Shown: positions 1-14,790, counted from the stretch's first letter. The stretch is 64,000 nt of DNA from Gnetum montanum (GCA_015680685.1 MNCI01003141.1:4404-68403), one strand, 5' to 3'. The notes: generated by a model not told the origin, from the sequence alone. Numbers and translations are program-made.

Positions 1-33
1 TAATGTTATAACACTGCTTTCATTTTGGTACAG

Positions 34-360
34 ATGATTGGGAGCTTGAGATGGAAAGAAATAAGCGGATTCTGATACATAGGGTAATTGCAAGGCTGAA
101 CGTTTTCCAGAACTTATTTTATATTATTTTGCTTTTTCTGCAAGGACGTTAATTAAGATAATGTTTTCCTTTTCAACAGCATCCATTTCTGAAACCGGAA
201 AGAATCCTGAGGGATTCTGGTAACAACTATCTGATACATAGTAAAAACTCACTGCATGATTATGAAGTCCCAAAAGACTACGTCACTGACAATTGGCCAC
301 ACCTTCAGCAAGACTACTTTAAAAGACAGGGAGACATCCAAGGAATCTCGGATGGGTCAG
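34..360 (+). CDS. Two internal exons (34-83, 180-360) of an unidentified host gene
   Basis: cag|ATG..AGG|gtaatt, 96-nt intron, ttttcaacag|CAT..TCAG|gtggtt (or donor at 364). The exons join in one open frame: DWELEMERNKRILIHR-HPFLKPERILRDSGNNYLIHSKNSLHDYEVPKDYVTDNWPHLQQDYFKRQGDIQGISDGS. Product not recognised. Confidence 0.55.
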
Positions 361-419
361 GTGGTTAGGCTCAATTCACTCATTGCAAACAGCTTTCAGG
401 TTAAAACTTAGAAAGAGCA

Positions 420-1150
420 CATTTGCTGTGATGCCCACCCTCAGTGTCCATATTTCAGCCCTAAGCTTGGATTCCTGTCCGAAGAACAACTATTTCATTT
501 CTCTATTTATAGTTCAGGCCTGTTATAGGCACAACTGGTTTATTTCACTGTTTATATGTCAGAGACCAGGCACAACTGTTTCGTTTCACTGCGTATGTTT
601 TGGGTGGCATAGNTTTTCACTGTTTATATGTCAGAGACCACGCACAACTGTTTCGTTTCACTGCGTATGTTTTGGGTGGCATAGGGCAAGGTGCAGGCAC
701 CAGCTGTTTCATTTCTCTGCTTATATTTCAGCGGTCAGCCTGGGTGGCGTTACAAGCACATCACATATGTTCCATTTTTAGCAGTTATACTTGAATTCTT
801 AGATTTTAGCCGGTTCATTTCATTGCCTGAATTGTGAGACCTGTTCCAGGCACATCACTTATGCTCCATTTTAAGTGTTTTTTCTTTCCTGCTTATTTTA
901 GTCGTTTCATTTCATTGCTGTATTGTAAGTGATGCACCCTGCTATCTTATATTTTATCATTTCATTTCATTGCCTATATTTTGGGTCATGCCCACCCTCA
1001 CTGCTTATTTTGCCTAAGGCCTATTCGAGGCATAATTGTTTCCCTGTCTATGTTTCAACCTCCAGACTGGAAGCGTGTTCAAGCCTACTACGAATGTTTC
1101 ATTAACCGTTTCATTTTACTGCTTATATTTATATCAGCTGTTTGATTTCC
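420..1150. repeat. Degenerate tandem-like repeats (GTTTCATTTCA[C/T]TG core), presumed intronic
   Basis: Recurrent gtttcatttc / cacaactgtttc / tgcccaccctca motifs; the near-exact copy around the n at 613 may be an assembly overlap. Confidence 0.5.
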
Positions 1151-4100
1151 AGCAACACCAGAAATGTCTCATTTTAATATCTTGCAGCTATTCTAACAAA
1201 GCCACATTACACTTAAAAATGAAACATGAATAACTGAAATTTTTTTGAAATGAATAATATTTTTTTTAACAAACAAACAAGTTTCAAAGTAATAAAAAAA
1301 AATTTTAAAAGGTGTAGTTAGAATTTCACAGTTCTCTCATCTTTCAAGCACTTCACAAACCCTTACAATGTCACAAACCCATTACCACAAAAAGTGTTTT
1401 GAGGTAACAAAAACAAAATTTCCAAAATTTAGTTATATAATCCAACCAATTTCACTTCTTTTAATTTCGTTACAAACTCTTGCAAGTATTGCAAACACTT
1501 CAAAAAGTGGTGAAGAACATGCATAAGAATAGTTGTTATTTCGGATATGAATTCATAATAAAGTGCCTTTGATGTGCAACTAATTTTAGGTTGCATCTTA
1601 TGTAATGGGCACAAGATTATTTAACGCTTTTAAGTTTAAATTTACTATATATATTTGGGGAGGAGGGATATATAGACCAATTAGAACTTTATAACTCAGC
1701 ATTTCCCACTTAAATTTTAGTCCCTAATTCAGAGCTTTCAAATCAAAAATCTTACTACTAGCTAGACACCTCATTTTTTACATTATATACATTTTCGTTT
1801 ACATGCACTAATATAATTATTCATGATAAACTTCAATTTATAAAAGTAGAATCCATCTACGATATTCCAAGTATTAGAATGCTATCAACAAGCTTGGCTT
1901 AAGTTCTCATCATTTTAGAATTTAAAGTAGAAGATGGATTTAACTTTCTAAGAAAGTGCCTTTTTAGGTTATGCAAGTTAGAAGCCCTTGAAGATGAGTT
2001 ACATGAGGCTTTTTTTTTCCTTTTGTGTTGTGACTATTGCTTGAGCTAGCATTATAATGTTACAACAACAAGCTTGTATACTTTATTTTTGTTGCCCCCA
2101 GTGCGTGGTCAATATGTAGAGTTTATATTTATTTTTATGAAAATGTAATATCTCTCTAATAGATTCTATGGGTCTTCAATCTTAATAAAGCTTCAATTTT
2201 AATGTCAAAAATAAAATATTTGGATTTTACTTTATTTCTCATCTTTGCATTCAAGAGATATTAGGACCACATAGATTTAACCTTTACCTCTAATGTACTG
2301 AGAGTAAAAGGTGATTCATGGAAGCTGATTGTGATAGCTCTAACTTGGATCCCACTACTATTCCTATGTAGTATTTATTACACTATTTATTTTGAATGAA
2401 AAAACCAGCTATAAAGAAAAGGAAACTATGAATAGCCAATTAATTGCTTACCTTGTCATTAAGGGGCTAAGCACAAGTTTACAAAAATAAGGACTTTTTA
2501 ATTCTCAATTTTAATTGTATATATATTTTTATGTAGATATATCCAATAATTTATGGTACATTTATTTATTAGTTGAGAAATGCATAAACAAAATTGAGCT
2601 TGGCTTGTAATATGATTTTTTTATTTAGAGAAAAATGCTAACTTTATTTAATTTTTAAATTTTTAAAGAAATTTGATAACATAAAGCATGAGAAATAAAA
2701 ATATTAGAGTTTATAGAAATAAAAATATTTACCTCACAAATAACCTCAAGTTATAGCAATATTGTTTTATCGATAGTATCGATAGTAATCCTAGGCCATC
2801 CTAGTAGCCATTCGTGGTCTGTGTGCCTCAGCATAGCGCACCAACACCACAAGCAGCTGATCAAATCTTGCAGCAACCGTTTGTCCTGAGGATGCCTTCC
2901 CGGGCATGCACGCCCACGCCACATGTTAGTAAAATCACACCACCCCCACCATTAACACCGTGAGATCCATTTATCATTAGGGGGCCAATGCCTTCAATAG
3001 CCCCCACCTTANGCCATTACCCCTCATATTTTTTAGATAGACTTTATAAATAATATTGAAGAAGAAAAGATTTTTATTTTTAAGTTTATTATCTAGCCAA
3101 GATCTTTTCTTTTTTGATGAAGGTTTCATCTACATGAACATACTTCTATTTTTAAGTAATTTAAGTTCATTTCTACTATTGGTTAGCATGACTACAGTGT
3201 TTTAACTAATTGCCCTATTACATAATTTTATCGTTTTAGATAAATTTATAAAACATATTTTATGGTAACTCCTTTCAAGATCATATATATCATTAGGTAG
3301 TTGACCTTAAGATTTATAGATGCAAGGAATGACAAAGGTAATAGTCATCACTTGGAATGATGATGAGGTGCTTGTTTCATAATTCATAAGCCTTGAGTTT
3401 GAGGATAGGCATAACCACTAGAAAAAAGCTTAGGCTTTCACTCATTTGCTAGCCCTCCTTGAACCTTAGCAAGATGAGTATTAAGCTTCTAGGTGATGAC
3501 CTTCTAAGGAATGATAAAACATACAAACATATTAGATATCAAAGGATCTTTTGTTATTCACTATAGATGAAATCCTTGTAAGTATTCAACAAATTGCAAA
3601 GAAGCAAAGGTACCAATATAGGCTAATGAATCACTATAGATCATTATTCACATGTAATAAGAGACTTAGACTTCAAATGTAATTCAAGAATCATAGCCAT
3701 TTGAAGAAAATTATAATATGCATATGCAAGAGGATATTACTGAAAGATTAGGATTTAAGATGATTTTTCAAAGTTTGCTAGTACATAAATCTTTAAAAGG
3801 ACCCAAGCATAGACGAAAGACTAACTTAATCTCATCTAGTTTATGCATTTAACTTTTGATTGTAATTAATATGCATGTAGGTATCCAACACTCTAGGATG
3901 CAAAATAGTGAACAAAATATTTTTCAAATCACATCTAGCAAGAATCATCTTAAAATATTAGACCTATAGAAGCCTCATTCTCAACATAAAAATAAACTCT
4001 TTAGTTGAAATTCTAGATCTTGAAATGTTCTCTAACAACAAAACATCATTAAGTATTGGATTGTAAGAGAAAACATGATTTTTTATGTTTAAAAAATCAA

Positions 4101-4822
4101 AACATTTCAAATCTCAAAGTATTATTTTACTTGAAAAGTTTCTTCCTTCTATTAGTTTTGTATTTTCCCTAACTAATGAGTAGTGGGTAGTCCCTATGTC
4201 CAACCATACAAATCACAAGCATTCATACGTGATCTAGTCAAATTCCATAGACTTAGTTTCCTAAGTTGCTAATATTCCTAAATAGTAAATTATGTAGTTA
4301 TAAATCATTTTCTTCTCAATCCACACTTCTTTTTAACTATGTGTATGATTAAGTGTGATTGAGGAATAAGATATTAAATTTTATATTTTTTATTATTTTT
4401 CTCGTAATTGCTAGATGATTCAATGAATTTTTAATGATTGAATTAATTAACTAATTAACTATCCTAACATAGAGTATCCTTTCCCACTTGTCGTACCCAA
4501 ATTTAACTTATATTAACACCACTAGGCTATCAAGTGTATACAATTGGGCATACCAAGTATCCATTTATGAGATTATCAAGCATTAATACATTATGCTTGA
4601 AGTGGTTGCACTCACATGCTTATGGTTAACTACATTAATTACTTAAGAATATAAATGGAACTTTCATGTAAAGTAAAGTACTAAAAAGCAAAAGTAAACT
4701 AGTTTAACTGTTGCACTAGATGTAGGAAATATTGATTGTATGCCCATTCATACAAAAATGTTTAGGTACATGTGCATTCAAATAAACTTCTGTACAATCT
4801 CATAAATTCAGGCTATGGGCAC

Positions 4823-5369
4823 TGATGAGCCGCGATATCGTGTCCGCCCCCACAATATCGCAGCCTGCTGCATTGTCTATAAATAAGATATGACTTTCCC
4901 TATTCTAGGCACTTAGACTTCAATCCTTAGCTAAACTCTTGCAGTTTTACCATTCCAGAGTTAGAATAATTTCCATGTGCCTACAGTAGAAGTCTTAAAG
5001 TGAACGGATCTTTATTTGAGCAAATTGTACTTGAGCACACATTTGTGTATGGCAATAAAGATGAACTTTCTGATAAACCTTGCAACATATGGACTAAGCT
5101 AAATAGTAATTAATTATTGTTAAATTTTTAAACACTTTCCTAGATAATTAATCTCTCTCAACCCTTGANNNNNNNNNNNNNNNNNNNNNNNNNNNNNNNN
5201 NNNNNNNNNNNNNNNNNNNNNNNNNNNNNNNNNNNNNNNNNNNNNNNNNNNNNNNNNNNNNNNNNNNNNNNNNNNNNNNNNNNNNNNNNNNNNNNNNNNN
5301 NNNNNNNNNNNNNNNNNNNNNNNNNNNNNNNNNNNNNGTATTCGTATGGTTGAGTGTAACCACTCATTA
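4823..5369 (+). mobile_element. Athila-type solo LTR with 5-bp TSD GGCAC (contains N gap 5169-5337)
   Basis: Begins TGATGAG, ends CTCATTA (CA>TA); GGCAC at 4818-4822 and 5370-5374; closely similar to the LTR at 43150-43912; CTATAAATA box; CGATATCG motifs. Confidence 0.85.
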
Positions 5370-8300
5370 GGCACTTAGAAGGAAAATATTCTAATTATTA
5401 AAGGAAGAAATCATACGAGTTTAGCTAAGACTAAGACTGAAAGGTACCATAAATGCAAAGGGTGTACATGTTTATATAGGTAATAACTATGTCAATATCA
5501 ATGTGCTTGCATCAACGCATCCTAGCATGCACTAACAAGGATATGTCAATGGGCATGTGTCAATGAAGCCTATTTTATTGACTATTCATCACCAACCATT
5601 AGATATTTTGAAGGTCTTTGTACTATTTGAAAAAATATATCTATTTTTCTCATTTACTATAGATATCTAACAATGTAATTATTATTTAGGTAAAAGGTAA
5701 GCATCCATGGATTTTAATTTATGTTTATCATCTAGTTATGTTACCAAATAAACTAAATTGTTAGTATTTTCTTACTCAAAGACTAATCAATTTTTAACTA
5801 CCTTTCCTAGTAGTAGTAGGTTATTTTAACTGTGTCATGGCATCTGAGGAAAATGATTGAGAAACCTCATGGGAAAAATGAAGGCATGGATAGTTTCTTG
5901 AAGTTTAATTAAGCTTAGGCCTAACTGACATTAATATTGTTAATTTCCAATATAGTTGGAATAATCACAAATCAGGGTTTGCTAGAATTTATTATAATTC
6001 ATAAAATTTTTTAGCTTCATGAATGAACTTAATTTATATTCAAAGCATTCAAGGAGAAGACTTACCAAGGTAGGTTCTCACCATTGGCTTGTACTTATAT
6101 AGGATAATGTAGGTAAGAAATTATGCAATATTTTTGTTAATAGAAATATTACTAGATAGATAATGTAGGTAAGGAATCATGCAAAAAATTTTATTAGAAA
6201 TAATTGCTAGCTATAATTTTGAGTGTGAAATAAACTTCAATGCTTAATAGAGAGGATTTTCATGGAAAAAAGGTAAAATCCTTCAAATTGGTAGAAAAAC
6301 AAAAAAGAGCTCCTTTAGATAGCCACTTGACCCATCTTTCATTGGCATCGTTACTACCTTAAGCTTTACACTAGCATTTTTAATATGATCATAAAGTTAG
6401 TTACACTTAAGCCATCATTATTTTCTTCTATAGTTCTTTCAATGTATAATGTCAGTTATATGACTTGTATGTACCTATAGTTAAATTTGTTTATTTTCGA
6501 CACCCTCCACTATTAAATCATTAGTATAAGCAATCTTATATATTAAATTACCCAGAAGTAATTATAATTTATATGTTTAACTGTAAAATTTTTTAAGTTT
6601 CTATCTTCATTTACATTTTTATAAATATAAGCTCATTTTTCTAATTTTCCTTTCATGATAATGTTACTTCTTAAGTTTACTAGTTAAATCCAAAGTTAAT
6701 ACATTGTTAATATTATCATTATGTTTCATTATCAAAACATTATTTGAAATGAAGGATCAAAGAATTGCTTCTAAGTACTTTCTGTTCATGATGGATTTTC
6801 TATAACTCTTACTTTTTTGTTGGCCACCCTCTTAGCCCTAACACATTAGCATTCCTTGCTTGGAGAAATTGGAACTCAACCACTATCAAATTTGTACATT
6901 CATTAGAAGCCTAAGCTTTTACCAATGATGGGTTATTTGTTGTGAAATCTTTTATGATTTTTCTTTATTCATGATTTTTGTATTTTTGGATTTGTTGTCT
7001 TAGTTTTGTTTTTTCTAATTTACATGGATATAATTTATCTAATCCCTTGTGATTTGCAATTTCTTTTTGGTTGTTTGTGATTTGACTAAAATAGATCCAT
7101 ATTTTCTTTTTCTTTTAAAAAATAAAATTATTATTCCTAAATTTAAGGATCAATCATCACTCAACACATCAACATATTATTGAATCTCGATTTCACTAGC
7201 TTCATTCATGAACATTGGAAATGATAAGTTCTACTTCTAAGAAATAAATTGCATTATAATTAAAATGAATTATGTTATGAAGAATGATTAAGCATTTTTT
7301 TCATGTTATGAAATCATGGCTATGATGTTGCATCTACGACATCATAAGATTTTGTAAAACCTCATAGATATGATATATTTAGGGGTGGAAAAATCTATAT
7401 ATAATCATTACCTACTACATTAAATACACCATTTAGTCAATAACCTTAGTGAAACTATATCAATTTTTCATTGTAAATTTTAGAATAGTTAGTGAGTTCC
7501 TATAGCATGATTTCAAGTGATTGTTCAAAATCCTTATTCAATTGCTATGTACTTGGATACATTGCATAAATGATAATAAAGATTAAGATTATTTCATCCT
7601 ATTGTAGTACTTTGACTTAGCATAAATGTACATTCAAGGAAACTTATTTTGAATTCAATTAAGCATAACATATATTTTTCCATGCTATTAATTACTAATT
7701 TATGATTCAATTCATGATACTTATGACCACATGACTACAACTAGCTTTAAGCATAAATACATTAATGTTTAATAATCCAAGCAGTGTATCATTTGGTATA
7801 CCCACTAGCAAATATTTGGTAACCTAGTAACATTAACTTATGTTTAGGATGTGTATGGTAAGTTGAGAACATATGCTAAATGTGTAGGCTAAACTAGATT
7901 TATTCCTCACATTTAAGTTAGATAATTTAGAGTTTTAATCTATTAATATTTTAATAATATTTTAGACATGGACCACAACAACATAAATATCATACACCTT
8001 ATTCCAATTTAACCATATGAACGAGCCCACAAAATTTTTTATGAAGAAAATAGCTAAAGATCTGTTGCCTAGCTATCTAGATAACTACACTAGTCTAGTC
8101 TACAAAATATAACCAATTTACTTATTAATGCTCATAATATGTATAGTTGAGTGTATGATCTACTCTTCTACTCATCATTGGTGCTACTAGTACCACTAAT
8201 TTAGATTGATATAATCATCTAAGGGTCATTTTTGAAGCTTTAAATAATTTCTTACATAGAAATACTATTACTTCATTTGAAGAATACTTAGTAATTAAAA

Positions 8301-9019
8301 GATGTCTTCTCCTTGCAAGGTTGATTCCTTACCTATTGATGATTCTACAAGGAAATACAATAGGACAATAAAGAACAAGGATAATATATTCATGTAACTT
8401 AAAGTGGTCTAACAATATTCAAATCATTGTATTTCCACTTGATTTCATTTTAATCTTTCACTAGGATGATCATTTGTTAGGGAGGGACATGGAGAATAAT
8501 ATTGTGTCTCTACTTGAGTGCTTAATCCCATAAATGGTTATAGCAATGTTGATAAAAGTAGAATTAGAAGTGGTCACTAGTAACTAAAAAGTGGTTGATG
8601 AAATGTTCAATTGGTACTAGCCTAACAAAGCTCAACTACAAAAGGTTGTTTCATCAAAGCATGCCATGAAGCTAGCATGGAAAGAAGGATATCATTTTAC
8701 TAACATTAAAATTCAAGAAGGATACTAATTATCAATCTAGCATATATCATTACCAAAATCCCCAATCCTGTGCTACAAATGACACAACAAATCCATGGTT
8801 ACATTTAATGTTGCCTAGAAACTATGGAAAATAAAGGATAGGACTCAATAGAAGAAGGACATCTAGGCCTAGGTCTTCTAGGAGGTCAACCTAGGATGAT
8901 CAAAGGAGTTTTGGAAGAAGAGCAAGTTGGCACAACTCTCCTAGTTCATCATATTTCACATTCTTATCATTTTCTAGCTCTAATAAGGGTGAACATCTTT
9001 AAAAAAGAAGGTGTATTGA

Positions 9020-9275
9020 CAAATAACCTAGTAGATATGATTTAAGAGATCATCATAGAGATCGAGGAAGAGATGGTAGAGGTGACCAAGAAGTGGAACA
9101 TAGAGTTGAAAGAATGCATAGCAAGCACCACATAAGGGGGTATGATCATAACAAAGACTATGATGATAGAGATGATAATAATGGACTCTTGTTTGCTACT
9201 CATAGCATGATTAACATTAGGGAGCTATTCTACATTCCTACCAAGCATCATAGGGATAGCTAGATGAAACACCAC
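9020..9275 (+). pseudogene. Degenerate Athila-type gag fragment
   Basis: gcatgattaacattagggagctattctacattcctaccaagcatc aligns with gcatgttagaaatcaagaaggtcattagaattcctacaaggcacc in the element D gag (about 44970), preceded by similar R/H/D-rich coding. Confidence 0.5.
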
Positions 9276-10004
9276 AAAAATTTGCATGTTATGACCAATT
9301 TTCATCATATAGCTTTTACCCCATGAAAATCGAGGCAAGAATTTTTTGTAAATGTGAATTTGTAATCCATAATGGGAAATCTCCATATTCCATACTTTTG
9401 TAACTGAAAAATGCCTCATAAGTGGTTGAATCGTTATTTCCCAAGTTAAAGAAAGTCACCAAGTGTTTATATTTGGTCTTGGGGGATGGTGGGGGTGAGG
9501 GAGAGGGAGGGGAGGAGAGGCAAAAATGCCTTTTGGGATGCCAAAACTGGAAATTTGATGGGTTTTATTAGGGTTGGGGGATGGGGGGGGGGGGGGGGGG
9601 GGGTGTTGTGTGTGGGTGTGTGGGGGAAGGGGGTATATACACTTTTCTACACTAGAAACATTTCTACGAGGTAAATCTCACATACCCCCAGCATGGAGGG
9701 ATGGCAGTTTTCCCCTCACCATGGAAACTTTTCCCCTAGCATAAACACTGAATGCATAGCATGGAGACCTTCCCCCCTCAACATGAAAGTTTTCCCCAAT
9801 GTGGAAACTACATGCGCCCAATCTGGAAGCCACAAAAGCTAAATTACTCACTCACTGCACTCCAACATTGATTAGCCACTTTACCAAGCATGGAAAAATG
9901 TTCAACATGGAAGATTCATCTCTTGCATAGAAGGTGTGCCCCCATTACTATTTATAGTAAAAAAATGGTCATGGAGGTTTAGCACTTGTACCTTCAAAAT
10001 TTTG

Positions 10005-10816
10005 GCAATTACAACATGGCAAGTTTGCAATTACAGCATGTCAGGCTCGTCCAATAGATATGCACGTCCAACAGTCATGCATACCCATGCAACATAGACA
10101 CGTCAACATAGGCCCAAGGCACGTGGTGTCGAAACCACATCTTTCACATGCCCTTGGTCCTATAAATACCCCAATGAGAAACACTTAAAAAAGACCTTTC
10201 TTGATCTTTTTGGGGGTGTTCTTCAACAATTTGGACAGTTGACAATTTTGTTGACTACCAAGCAAGAAAGTTAGCATTGTATTCTTGATCAATGTAAACA
10301 TCTTCTTTGACACTGTAAATAGTTGGCACTCCCACTTGGCATCCTGTCCTAATCTTTCCACTATCCTCATAGCATTTTGCATTTTTGACTCCTAAATCCA
10401 TGTTCAAGTATACAATTGTCTTCCTCTAAATGTCTTGGTTACCTTTGGGATCTCTATGCGTCCTCGCGTCGCACAACCAATTGTATCCACCTTGGCATAG
10501 TGGAGTCACGTTCTTGAAGCGGTGCATTTTTCTAACTGTAATTTACTTTGTTTTCTTGCTTATTATCGCATTTCACATTTTTTTTATCCATTTTGCATTT
10601 AAATTTATCATTTCATGCTAGAAGTCTCTTTTTCAAATTATCCATTTATAAAAGGTTATATTAACACTTACTATGTCCCTGTTTGATCGACCAGACTGTT
10701 CAGGGTACCCTATGTTTGTTTTATCTAGCATAGCCCTCACACGGATCTGGGGTTAAGACAATTACAACCAATGACCTCTCGGTGTTTTCTAGCTATCGAT
10801 GTTTTTGATCGCTACA
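10005..10816 (+). repeat. Element A 5' LTR (5'-truncated; only the last ~810 bp remain)
   Basis: Aligns to 26415-27227 (about 87% identity by eye over the first 120 bp); ends GCTACA; TATA cctataaatac near 10160. Confidence 0.9.
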
Positions 10817-10822
10817 ATTTTC

Positions 10823-10840
10823 TGGCACTAGAAGGAGGGC
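10823..10840 (+). promoter_or_regulatory. Primer-binding site of element A (TGGCACTAGAAGGAGGGC)
   Basis: TGG-initiated motif just 3' of the LTR end; the same motif occurs at 27380 in element B. Confidence 0.75.
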
Positions 10841-11003
10841 TTGGCCTTTTCCATGTTTTACGGTAGTCCTGCAAGCATTTTGCATCATGCGATGTAGATT
10901 GGTCGCTTCAACAGTTCTTCTGGAACCTAGCAGGACGTAAAGCCTTAGATTATCGCTAGATTTTCTTGTTTCCATCATTTTCAGTCCTTTTAGCTTCATA
11001 ACA

Positions 11004-14000
11004 ATGGCTACTGCAACTACCGCTATTACTACTGCTAACCTTGAGGTTCCTCTCACAGTCCAAGGCACTACAAGTGCTGAGAGATTGCCCAGATCAGGGC
11101 TAGGACCACGTTGTCCCTCAGGATCCAAAACTAAGGACCCGAAGGTGTGGCTGAGAAACATGAACAATAAAAATTCCTCTACGCTAAGTTGTAGGCAAAC
11201 CTACCCTTAGATGCATAGAAATTTGAGGAAAAACGTAGCTTCAAGTTTTCGTACTACAACGGGAAGGAATTTATTCCTAATCCTAATGCTTTCATCCCTT
11301 TGAAAGAAGCACAACAATGGATTTTAGATTAGCTGATACATCTATCTAAACCTGGTGAGACACAAGATGTAGCGTCTCACCATGACGAGGTTTTCCAAGA
11401 TGGACACGAGGAACTAGATTCTCAATCCAACAAGGGAGGTCAAGTCAACCCCATGACCATTCCTCCTACCCAATCCTTCTAGATCAATCTGCCGACTATT
11501 GTCGCTTCCTTTGGGATCACAGCCATGCCACTATAGCCCATGATCCAACCTATCATGGGTAGTCGTACCATGCCCACAGTGTATCAAAACGCCCATATCC
11601 CTGTTTCGACTTCCATCGCCATTCCTCTGTAGGTTATTCATCAATCCCTTTTGTCTTTGAAAAATGCCCCAATCACAACTACCCTACCACATGTTCACAC
11701 CATGCCTACTTCATAGTCATACACAACTTCTGTTTCCATTCCTACCTTCACATCTGTCCCATCATTGGTGATGGACCCAGGCTTGTCCACATGGTGGACC
11801 CCATTCACTGTGCTTGTTCCACAACCATCACAAATGTCTCATTATGTTTGCCCTCAAATCCACCAAACCCCACATACGATACAACCCAACATGGGGCTAT
11901 GATCTATCCTGCCAGCAACATAAGCAACCTACCTGGTAGCCCAACCCACCGTTGCTGCTCCAACAGCATCACCTACCAAGTGGTGGATAGCGCAACTAGC
12001 ACCATTCATAGGGAAAACCCCAATGGTACTGCTGATGGGTCATGCTACCACCCCCTCCATTCCATATATGGGAGCTACTTCGGAAGTTCCCCAATAGTCC
12101 ACATTGTCACAGAGTCTAGATCAAGCATTCTAGCTTATCTAGACCCTTACTGAGGAAATAAAACACCTTAAGGATGTGGGGTCTAACATGGTACATGTCA
12201 TCCACTTTTACCAGGACGACCCCATTAGCCTTGCAATCCCTGCACTAATGCTACCCCCATGGATGTCCCTTCCACACTTCACGAAGTACAACAAAGAAGA
12301 AGATCCCAATGCACATCTTGTTACCTTTAGGTCTGAATCCTTTCTATTGCAATAATTGCCACACACAATTATTCGTGTCTTTGCTATGTTCCTAGTTGGG
12401 AGAGCCTTAGATTGGTACTGCACGCTGCCACGCTCATCTATTTCAACTCTAGAAGAGCTTTTGACCCAATTCATGACACGTTTCAAGTACAAATTGAAGG
12501 AAAAAATCATGCTAGATCAGTTGATGAGCATGAAGCAGGATCCTCTAGATCCGGTACAGAAGTTCATCCAATGTTGGAGTGCAACCCTTAATGAGATCCG
12601 TGAGCCCATCGCGGAAGCCAACTTGCTAACCATCCTTAAGGGTGTAGTGAATGACTTCATCAAGTCTAAACTATACAACCTTGATCCTCGCACTCTTAGT
12701 CAAGCCTTTGCTCAGACTAAGAGCATACAAGATGCAGCCGAGGCGAGTAAAGACCTAACCTATGTCACCTACAAGAACACCTTCACAAAGAATGACAAGG
12801 GTAAGGCCCCAATAGCCATAGTTGCCACTGTGGCGACTGAGGCCAAGCCTAAACCTAGTAGTAATGGTAACAAGAACAATAAGAAATTGGTTGCACCCGC
12901 AGCTAACCTCGTGCCCAAGCAAGATCATGCACCACAACCTGCCATACTAGCACCCGAGACATCTACATAACCCAAACTAAACTTTGAGCATAAAGATCGC
13001 TTAAAGTATACCCCACTGCCTCTCGAGCCTTCGGAACTTCTAAAGCAGCTACTAGTAGCAGGGCACATCCAACACAAGTAGATGTCAGAAGAAGGAATCA
13101 GGAGACATCAGTGCTACTGCAAACTCCTTAAGAATCCCTCTTTGACCTTGCCCAATGAGCCCTCATTTCCTAAGGATTTTAGGTTGGATTAGTTTTGAGA
13201 CTACCATCAATAATGTGGTCACAACACAGATTACTATCTGGCATTGCAAGATGACATTCAAAGGATGACTGATCAGGGGAAATTGATGCTGGACAAAAGC
13301 AACCTAGTATGCCTTGAAAATCAATCTCTGCATGTCTACACAGACACCCTCAATGCCAACAATGCCAGTTACATCATCAATTCCATCGGTATCGATAGTA
13401 ATCCTAGGCCATCCTAGTAGCCATTCGTGGTCTGTGTGCCTCAGCATAGCGCACCAACACCACGAGCAGCTGATCAAAGATTGCAGCAACCGTTTGTCCT
13501 GAAGGTGCCTTCCCGGGCATGCACCTCCACGCCACATGTTAGTAAAATCACACCACCCCTACCATTAACACCGTGAGCTCCATTTATCATTATGGGGCCA
13601 ATGCCTTCAATAGCCCCCACCTTACATAAGATAGTTGCGCAAGCTTCTCATCCTAAGAAACGAGAAGTGCATTTTTTTGGTGAGCCATCGAGGGAAAATA
13701 CCGTCCTAGGGGTTTCCAAGCCTACGTATTCACCCCCTGCATCTATGCCCTCAGTACCAAAGAGGGACATTTCTACAACTACAAAGTCCACCCTGCCCTA
13801 CCAAAAAGGATCTGAACCTAGATCCGAAACCACCCCTCCTTGGGAAATCTGTCTCCTAGGATGAATAGAAGAGGAGAAAGGAGGTAAACAGGGGGGTAGC
13901 CAGGACTTCTTAGATGCTCTCACTCATTTCAAACAAGCTTTAAAACAAAAGAACACTACACTGAGCTTGTACAACCTAATCATGACATCTATCCCACATC

Positions 14001-14790
14001 TTGAGACACTGATCCACATGTTGACAGTGATTCTGATCAATGAAGACATACTAGTGGAAGAGGAAGAGATCCACTTGGTCATGCTTCCCTCTACACTTGC
14101 AGAGGCAGAGCCATCCCAATTGACTTTTAGTGACGAATCAATCAGGAAAGATCCCCAAAGGGATCAAGTGACTACATCACCCTTATTCATCATAATTTCG
14201 GTTGGCCAACATTAGATCTAAAGGGTACACATTGATGATGGGGCTGCCATGAATGTCATCCCCTTCCCTATTGTGAAAAGGTTGGGCTTTGTTGACCAGA
14301 TCAAGCCCATAATGATGTCATGCCTAAGGTCATTCAATGGGGCATGGGTCATGGTGAAGGGCACAATCCACATAAACTTCGTGGTAGGGAACCAATTCTC
14401 CATGAATGCAACATTCATCATGGTTGAGGAAATGCCTAGGCTCAACTTGATCTTGGGGAGGTCATGGTTAGCCTAGCTTAGGACTATCTCCTCACCCATT
14501 CATCAGGAGATCCATCTACCTTATGCAGGTAGGAAGGTGGTGATCCATGGTGATGAGGTAGAAATGCAAGCAATTCACAATGTAGATATGGAATAGGGCT
14601 CAGAGGCTATAACCTATGAGAATCAAGCACCTGTCACAGCACACATTAACCATTCGGCAGAGGAATTAGCTCAGCAAGCCGATTCTTGAAACATAAACAC
14701 GTGGGTCGAGTTTCCCTTCTAAGAGGAGGATAGTAACATAGAAGAAGGCTCTGGCATAGCGTCTCGGCCTTATGTCCCACTCAACCCATG
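11004..14790 (+). pseudogene. gag: Element A gag-protease (stops and frameshifts)
   Basis: Retrotrans_gag-like KYNKEEDPNAHL..F..FLVGRALDWY..LP..SI...EELLTQF; zinc-knuckle remnant near 13190-13240; aspartic protease VHIDDGAAMNVI..FNLILGR-like motif (LNLILGRSWL) at 14220-14476. Confidence 0.85.

Noticed and set aside
545-684. About 70-bp direct duplication
   Set aside because: It straddles the n at 613; probably an unmerged contig overlap.
2776-3011. About 236-bp near-identical copy of element A sequence 13389-13624 in unrelated AT-rich DNA
   Set aside because: It ends at an n and differs by scattered, error-like substitutions; most likely a misplaced gap-fill read rather than a real capture.
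3250-4100. Possible very old copia-like or other TE coding remnants (also 5400-9000 and 48700-50340)
   Set aside because: Too degenerate to assign by eye.
5120-5374. ORFs spanning poly-X
   Set aside because: Artefacts of the N gap.
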